64,000 bases of DNA, taken from NCBI GenBank assembly GCA_951406725.2, contig OX597821.1, forward strand, positions 28,520,001 to 28,584,000, written 5' to 3'. Both the position numbers and the translations under genes were made by a program. This document shows, one piece after another, positions 55,670 through 64,000 of the stretch; the first letter of the stretch is position 1; each line of letters opens with the position of its first letter. The notes beneath the pieces are model-generated. The model was given only the letters and a program-made list of their open reading frames with translations. It had not been told where the DNA came from and did no database searches. This DNA comes from Octopus vulgaris (taxonomy: Eukaryota).

Positions 55670-58185
55670 TTAGGTTAGGTAAAATGTAAGCAACGTTTTG
55701 AAGCATAAATGATCTGTACCAGAATTTTGCAGTTTTGAATTTAAAAAATAATTTTGCAATTGTCTGATAATACAGACATAGACTTGCCCAAATGCACCAA
55801 TAAATTAACATTGAAATTTTTTTCACCATTATTAAAATCTGAAATGAAAATGTCAAAACACGATATTCGAGCAATTTTGCTAATCAACTTCAAAAAAAGA
55901 TGTAATGCAACTGAAACTGGTTGCGATATCAGGTCAGAGCTATTAATAAAATAGAAGAATTTTTAGAGGTGAAAAGTTTTGCAGAAGTGGCAGGTGTCTC
56001 TAAGAAGGAGGTAAGCTTGAAAAACCTGAAGGACTTTGGAAAATGCTGGAGGAGGGTGGTGATGTAAAATTGTCACCACCGAATGAGGTACTGAAAAACA
56101 TGGAAGAAGGTAGAATTGTTTATAAAATGTATTCAATTAAGGACAGAAGAATTGAAAATGAGGCTACGGAGGAAATTGAGAAAGTATTGAGGCCAATCTG
56201 GCAAGATATGTCATATCTTGCCAGAGGAAGCAGTTACGGCACTGTTGTGCATTTCAAAGAGAAAGAAGAGGCAAATGAGCACTCGGCTAACACAAAGAAG
56301 ACGGAAGAGGTGATCCTCCTACCTCCATATCTTGGAAGAAAAACTTCCAGGGTCATGGTGGAGGGAATCCTCCCTGAAATGGGAAAGAAGCGGCTGTGCA
56401 CCAAAACGCAGAAAAAGAAGTAAGAACTTGGTGAGGCAATGTACTGGATATGATAATCCAAATTTCAGTAGAAAATATGGAGAAACTGGCAGAAACTGTG
56501 TCAGTAGATGATACAGTAATTAAGGTGTTGGTAGAGGACAGAACCCCTCGCTGCTGCAAATGTAGCCAAAAGGGCCACATTAGAGCAGACTGCCCTAAAA
56601 AAACAGCATGCACAGAAGATCGAGAAGGAAATGGTGGAAGAGGAGGAAACTGACGAGGAAGGATGGAGAGTAGCTGGAAGGAAAAAACTAAGGAAGAGGA
56701 AGGACAGTCAAATTGGACCACACCCACACCCTCTCAACCACACCCTCCCACTGCAGACACCAAACTCATACATTTCCCACCGACACAAAAACGGAAAAAA
56801 ACGAAATACAAGCATACAAAAATCACAAGCCCCCCCCCCCCGAGCGTTATGCTTGTGTTTTTCTGTAAAGGTGTGGATAGGAGACTGACAGAGAAGTTAG
56901 CACAGTGGAAGGACGTAAGGACTGTAAATATGAAAGGAAGTAAAAGAAAGAAGATATGGTCGCATGCGCATTGGTGTCGGAAGTTGGTATGAAAGAAGTA
57001 ATGGATTACAAAGAAGGTTTTAGATATAGAAAATTGGTTTGTGATCAAAATGAAATACCAAAAGAAATAGAAAACGGAGAGTTAGAGGAAGAACAGGGTA
57101 TAAATGTGAACTGGATATAAAAAGGGTGTAAATGATGCTGCTGACGTGGAGTAGGTAGCACATTTTCATATATCATTTCCTTTTAATTCATGTTATCATA
57201 ATTTTATTTTAATTGTTATATGTCCCCACATGTTTAGTACCGTCCTTCCGAAAAGTTAATATCTATGTACGCCTTTTATAGTTAATAAAAAAGCACAACG
57301 AAACGTTTGGTGAGGAAATGACATGTGAGTGGTCAGCTCGAAAATGGTTTAAACGATTTCGTAGTGGAGACATGAGTCTCGATGATAGTCAATTGAAGTC
57401 CGTCATTGAGAGATATTCACGTAAAACCACTCGAGAACTGGTCAAAGAACTTCAAGTTAGCCAGAAAACTGCCTGCAACCATTTGCATGCGATCGGAAAA
57501 TCAAAACAGCTCGACAAATGGGTACAACACGATTTGAATGAAGATCAGAAAATGCGCAGATATAAGATTTGCTCGTGGCTTCTTCTCCATAACCAGACCG
57601 ATCCATTTGTCGACCATATTGTAACTTGCGATGAAAAGTGGATTCTGTACAATAATAAAAAAAAAAACCTACTTTGCAGTAGTTGGGCTAAAATGAATAA
57701 CCGAAAACCTTCCCTAAACTCGAGATGTTCAAAAAGAAAGTTATGGTCACGGTTTCGTGGTTTATTGTTGAACTCATTCACTATAACACCTTAAAACCCG
57801 GAAAAACCATTACTGCGGAAACATACTGGCATGAATTTGCCAAAATGATCGAAAAGCTACTACTCCGTGTCAGACTGGTCAAAAGAAGAGGGCCAATCAT
57901 TCTTCCTGACAATGCTCGATCACACGTTACACTAATGACGCTCCAGAATTTGAGAGAACTTGGAATTGAAGTTCTGCCCCACCCACTTATTCCCCAGTCT
58001 TTTCTCATACCGACTACCACTTGTTTTAAGCACCCGGATGGTTTCCTGAGAGTGAAGGAGTTTAAAAATCAGATCGATGCTGAAAGTGCGTTCAAAGAGT
58101 TTATCAGTTCCAGAACTCCAGATTTTTATGTTACCAGAATAAAAAAAAAAAAACTTGCAACTCGTCAAAAATGTGTTGATATTTC
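55670..58185 (+). mobile_element. mariner copy (same family as 21287-22534), split by a 1.36 kb insertion; 3' TIR not found
   Basis: 5' TIR TTAGGTTAGGTAAAATGTAAGCAACGT after TA. Transposase pieces MSKHDIRAILL, RKWFKRFRSGD, KWVQHDL, IVTCDEKWI and DNARSH. Confidence 0.9.
55932..57295 (+). mobile_element. ORF1/gag-like retroelement without RT (HAL1-like), nested in mariner
   Basis: Frameshifted ORF with KSFAEVA, an RRM-like middle and the knuckle CCKCSQKGHIRADC. Ends GTTAATAAAAAAGCA. The mariner sequence GATATCA|ACGAAAC is interrupted exactly here. Confidence 0.7.
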
Positions 58186-58708
58186 ATGTTTCAAAATGCT
58201 GCTTGCTTTTTGCTCAGCCTGCTATTTCTGGAAAACAAAGCCAGATTACCCTGCCTACTCTTTTGTTCCTTCTTTGGCCATTAAATTTAAAGTTCATCCC
58301 ATGTTGGTCAATTCCTATGTCATTGCACAACTGTAGAAGTCTATTCCTATCAACCCTTTTTCTTCCTTCTTTGTTCATTAACTATTAAGTTCTGCTTTCC
58401 ATATTGGCCGCTTCCTCTGTCATTGCGCAACTCTCACACTCTAGAATCCATGATTACATCTCATACATACTGATCACGTTGTCTCTTTCCAGCTTAGATT
58501 TACACAGCATCTTCACGCTTCTATTGTACTCCGGCCTGATTTTCTCTTTCATCTTGGTGTTCATCGTATTCTAGCCATAGTTTTCTTTAATGCTTGTTCT
58601 TATGTAGCGCATTTAACTGCTACTGTCTTTGTCTTCAACTCCTCGCTAAACTACCGGCATTCTGTATGTGTCTGCACTCGGACATCTTGAATTTTCCGGT
58701 CCATGCTA

Positions 58709-58765
<57 letters not shown>

Positions 58766-58798
58766 GATTTTTTCTTCTTCTTCTTCTTCTTCTTCTTC

Positions 58799-58881
<83 letters not shown>

Positions 58882-58882
58882 G

Positions 58883-59435
58883 AGTGAGAGAGCAGTGCAT
58901 GCCATCAAAGTGACACTGGGGTAAAATATACGAAGCCCAATATACCCATCATGACTACCCGTCTGATAAGGGTACACCAGGCACATGCATCACAACCATA
59001 TGTGCGCGACATGGTGATCTCATATCAAGATAAACAGCACATGACCTTGCAGGTGGGGCCCAGTTAGAATTTTCTTCAGGTTGAGTAGCCCATCCCGCTC
59101 AAGCGGTCCCTGAATAAGGGTTGTTTAAGGATGTTGAAAGAACCACCCATGTTTCCAGAGGCGAATTATTCAAACCCCAAAGAATCCCTCTAAACACATG
59201 GCTATGATGCCCCCCCAGTACTTCTGCTCGTGATCAGAGATGCACATATCGTCAGCCACTAAAGGACATGCTCAACTGGTTATGGTCAAACAACTGACAA
59301 GCAAATCTGTGGTATTGAGCAGAATATTTGCTGTAGCCCATCTTTTATACCAAGACAAAACAATGTACATGATAACACTTCCAATCAGTTAAGATCAGAA
59401 GCCACGAGAGCCACTGCCTGGTACTGCATCAGGGC

Positions 59436-59439
<4 letters not shown>
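58883..59439. mobile_element. ~555 bp non-coding interspersed repeat embedded in (TTA)n; tandem diverged copy at 59493-59991
   Basis: Two colinear copies, each starting GAGTGAG..CAGTGCATGCCATCAAAGTG, separated and flanked by TTA arrays. Confidence 0.85.
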
Positions 59440-59484
<45 letters not shown>

Positions 59485-59989
59485 ATTATTATTGAGTGAG
59501 CAGTGCATGCCATCAAAGTGGCACTGGGTAATATATACGAAGCCCCGTATACCCATCATGACTACACCTCTGATAAGGGTACAACAGGCACATGCATCAC
59601 AAACATATGTGCGCGACATGGTGATCTCATATCAAGATAAAAAGCGTGTGGCCTTGCAAGCGGGGCCAGATCAGAAGTTTCTTCATCTCGAGTAACCCAT
59701 CCAACTCAAAAAGCCCCCGAATAAGAGTTGTTTGAAGATGTTGGACGAAAAACCCATGTTTCTAAATGTGAATTATCCAAAAACCCAAAGAGGTCCTCTC
59801 AACAAATATCTATGATGCTCCCCCGCTGCTTCTGCTCGTGATCAGAGATGCCCATATCGTCAGCCATTAAAGGATATGCTCAACTGGTTATGCTCAAACA
59901 ACTGACAAGCAAATCTGTGGTATTGAGCAGAATATCTGCTGTAGTCCATCCTTTATACCAAGACAAAACAATGGAAATGGTAACACTTC

Positions 59990-60680
<691 letters not shown>

Positions 60681-60734
60681 TATTTTTCTCATTAAATTGT
60701 CATACTCTTCATTGGAATGTGTGTAGATTACTGG

Positions 60735-61120
60735 TGTTGCCTGCGACACAATCAATAACACATCAGTATCTGCTTTGAATCCTGCACTTCTCAGAAGCAC
60801 TGTCAGTTTTCCTTTGTCTATTTCCACTTTGTTTACATTTTAAAAGTATTGGTCATGTCTGACGTTTTCTTCCCATCGATTTATCATAGTCGGAACTTTA
60901 GCTTTATATTCGGTTGTTAATTCTCGATTTTCTTAATATATATCCGTTATAGCTGTCTTTATTTCATGTTTGTTGGCTTTCTTGAAAACAGACAATAGTT
61001 TTGTTCTGTTAATAATCTTGGTTCTTGTTAACATTTTAGGCATTTCAAGATATTTAGTGCTCTTTTCCCGTTTTTCTTTTCAATATGTATCTATTATTGC
61101 AGCTTGTTTTATATTATAGG
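60735..61120 (-). mobile_element. Old Dong/R4 fragment
   Basis: Minus-strand KLLSVFKKANK, MINRWEE and EIDKGK..LLRSAGFKADT parallel positions ~1190-1500. Confidence 0.7.
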
Positions 61121-61154
61121 GCTTACTTATAATTATAATAATAATAATAATAGT

Positions 61155-61406
61155 AATTCCTATCATAGTAGGTGCATTAGGCATGATAAAAAAATATTCA
61201 GACAAATACATAACAAAAACACCAGGACTTACAAACACATATAAAATACAGAAAATTGCACTACTAGGCACTGCACACATCCTACGCAGAACACTTTCCA
61301 TACAATAACCATCAGAGCATCACAACAAATCACAGCACATACCCAAGGCACACAGAGCTGCGCTCGGTAGTGAAGTGAAAGCACGCTATAAAAATAAAAC
61401 TACTGA
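61155..61406 (+). mobile_element. Very short 5'-truncated Dong/R4 copy in a TAA array
   Basis: Matches 1969-2220 with only one mismatch seen by eye. TAA on both sides. Confidence 0.95.
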
Positions 61407-61457
61407 ATAATAATAATAATAATAATAATGATAATAACAATAACAATAATAATAATG

Positions 61458-61514
<57 letters not shown>

Positions 61515-61842
61515 GTCATGAGAAGGTGACAGGTAGGGAAATGTGAAGGCATCCAATTACCAGATGGCCAGACTGTAAAATCATTCAAAGGAGGAGAGAG
61601 TTATAAATATGTAGTTGGTAGCTAACCAAAACTTTTCGATAACTACATTTAGCTAATCTTTAGCTGAAAGCTTAACTATCATTGGAAAATAGCAATGATA
61701 AAGAAAGAACGTTTGAGAAACAAGTACAGGCAGTGAGGCTCTCGTCTTTCAGCTGAGAGAAAAAAAGCCCCAAAACATCATGCTCAAATGGAATTATAAA
61801 TCGAGTATTAAGACTACCAAGAATCAGTCTTATATTAAGTTG

Positions 61843-62300
61843 CTAATGCAACAGTTTCAGCTCTTGTAGTAACTGTCGAAGTATTGACTTAGCTTCTAGA
61901 AGTATTTCTCTCGTACTTAATCCACCAAACCCATTTTTACGACACTTTACTTCTCTAATGAGGTCATCTACTTTTGTTCTATCGGTACTTGGCAGTCTTT
62001 CTTGCATGACTTGAACCAACATTTCATAATTTCCTTTTCTGATATTTGCATCAATTTTCGCATTCACATTTCGTTTGGTCAGCTCCATTGCAAACTGATG
62101 TCATTTTTTTTCTTTTAAAAGCCTGCTGGAAACTGTTTCCATGAAATTTATTGGGACTGACAGCAAGGCAGTCTTTGGAGTTTGGGCTTTGATACCTCAC
62201 GTTAGCTTTTGTAATAACTAAAGAGGATATCACAGGGCTATTCCAGGTACTTTTTTCCACTGCTTTTTTCATAATTGCATTAGAAGAATTCAGATTATCA
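61843..62300 (-). pseudogene. Host-gene-like fragment resembling the TTC3/DZIP3/RBM44-type helical domain, apparently frameshifted
   Basis: KGNYEMLVQVMQERLPSTDRTKVDDLIREVKCRKNGFGGLSTREILLEAKSIL resembles the recalled pattern N(F/Y)E.I...L...FP......L..FI.EV.......LSGLS..EI. An upstream open frame is in a different phase. Confidence 0.45.
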
Positions 62301-62323
62301 ATAATAATAATAATAATAATAAC

Positions 62324-62373
<50 letters not shown>

Positions 62374-62510
62374 TAATAATAATAATAATAATCATCATCA
62401 TACTAACAACAACAATAATAATAATCATAATCATAATAACAGCAACAACAACAACAACAATAATAATAATAACAATAATAATAATAATGATAATAATAAT
62501 AATAATAATA

Positions 62511-62599
<89 letters not shown>

Positions 62600-62607
62600 G
62601 ATAGTAA

Positions 62608-63096
62608 TAATAATAGTGAACTGTTAGTTGGAATACTAGAACAATATCTAATAAAACTATATCAACCTTTCCACGAAAGAGCCCCACTTCCCAAAATCAT
62701 TAATACTATTCAGAACACAAAAGTAATCAAAAGAAGTTCATGAAGCACTTAAAAAGCTGATACGACAACTTGAGAATAGTAGAGAAAATGCCCTCGGAGT
62801 GATTGATCAATTCATTTACTCAGCTGCTTATTTTGCAACTCAGAAATGCGGTATTAAAGTTAGAGATACACAAAAAAAGCAATGTATAGAAACAGCCTGC
62901 ATGGATGGAAAGAATAAAACGTCTCAATAATCCAGCTAAGAGTATATATCTCTTTTCTACTTGAAGCAAGCAAAGGGAAAACTAATACATCCAACAAACT
63001 AATAAGAATAATTGCTAAACCTGACCTTTACAAGAAAACGAAGGATACACAGATTGAAATACTCAAACAAAAACTACAATTAAAAACCAAACGACT

Positions 63097-63159
<63 letters not shown>

Positions 63160-63760
63160 GTGAACTGTTAGATGGAATACTAGAACAATATCTAATAAAA
63201 CTATATCGACCTTTCCACGAAAAATACAAAAAAAAGATACAAAAAACGATCAGCATTCCATAGACAAAACATAATATTCAAGGAGAACGCAGATGAATTC
63301 TACAGGGAACTGGGAGGAAATACCATTATGGTGAAAACTCCTTTCCAGCAGCAAACTGAAAATATTGTGAAAGATATTTGGACTAATCCAAAGGAGTTTA
63401 AACAGAATGCACATTTGGTCAGAGACATAGAAGGGGTCAATGCCCACCTCAAATATCAAGAATGGCAGATATTCACAACTGAAGAAGTGAAAGCGGCGCT
63501 CACCAAGTCAAAGAAATGGAAATCTTCAGGTATTGTTAAGATTCCAAATTTTTGGTTAAACTCTTTAATTAACACCCACCACAATTTAGCCGTAGCACTC
63601 AATGAAGTTATGTCCAGCCCTGCCAAATCCCGCAAGTGGCTTACCAAAGGGATTACATATCTCTTACCGAAAACAAAAGAAACTACTAACCCACCAAATT
63701 ACTGACCCATAACATGCCTTACCACCATATATAAAAGATTAACATCTATAATAGCGAATA
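62608..63760 (+). mobile_element. Degraded Dong/R4-like LINE, pre-RT/RT N-terminal region
   Basis: LKQKLQLKTKRL, WKSSGIVKIPNFWL and KWLTKGITYLLPKTKETTNPPNY*PITCLTTIYK. The last aligns with window positions 1-80. Confidence 0.8.
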
Positions 63761-63761
63761 G

Positions 63762-64000
63762 AGAATATAAATTTTCTATGTCGTTTTCTGTTGCACGTCT
63801 GATTCCGTCCTCTATGAGGTGAACTGGGTAGTGTCTGTCAATTATGGTGTTTTTGAGTTCTTGATATACTAATAAAAAAAGATTAACCTGAAAATAGAAA
63901 CAGATATATTTTACAAAACGACAGACGCCAAACAATAACTACCTTTTGATTTCATGCCACCCAAGACACACTAAAACAAACATCTCTTTCAACCTTGCAA
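63762..64000. mobile_element. Penelope-like RT thumb fragments in opposite orientations (runs off the window)
   Basis: Plus strand gives IETDIFYKTTDAKQ...SCHPRHTKTNISFNLA. Minus strand gives QELKNTIIDRHYPVHLIEDGIRRA. Confidence 0.7.

Overview
AT-rich, microsatellite-saturated animal genomic DNA. The SINE/LINE repertoire suggests a cephalopod such as Octopus (inference). No intact host protein-coding gene can be supported, and most listed ORFs are translations of microsatellites. The window is a mosaic of mobile DNA: young and old Dong/R4-type RLE LINEs tied to (TAA)n arrays, three tRNA-derived SINE families, two mariner copies (one interrupted by an ORF1-only retroelement), Helitron remnants, ancient RTE/CR1 fragments and several Penelope-like element (PLE) remnants. 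The most notable signal is a set of type I hammerhead ribozyme motifs (CUGANGA...GAAA-palindrome-UH, with pairing stems), mostly in short non-coding repeats next to (TA)n tracts. Three have intact cores (28984-29090 -, 51544-51580 +, 18038-18121 -). Two unrelated ORF-less elements share a 'tandem 1.1-1.2 unit + inverted partial copy' architecture, typical of PLE pseudo-LTRs or retrozymes. All structures were paired by eye; no folding or database search was run.
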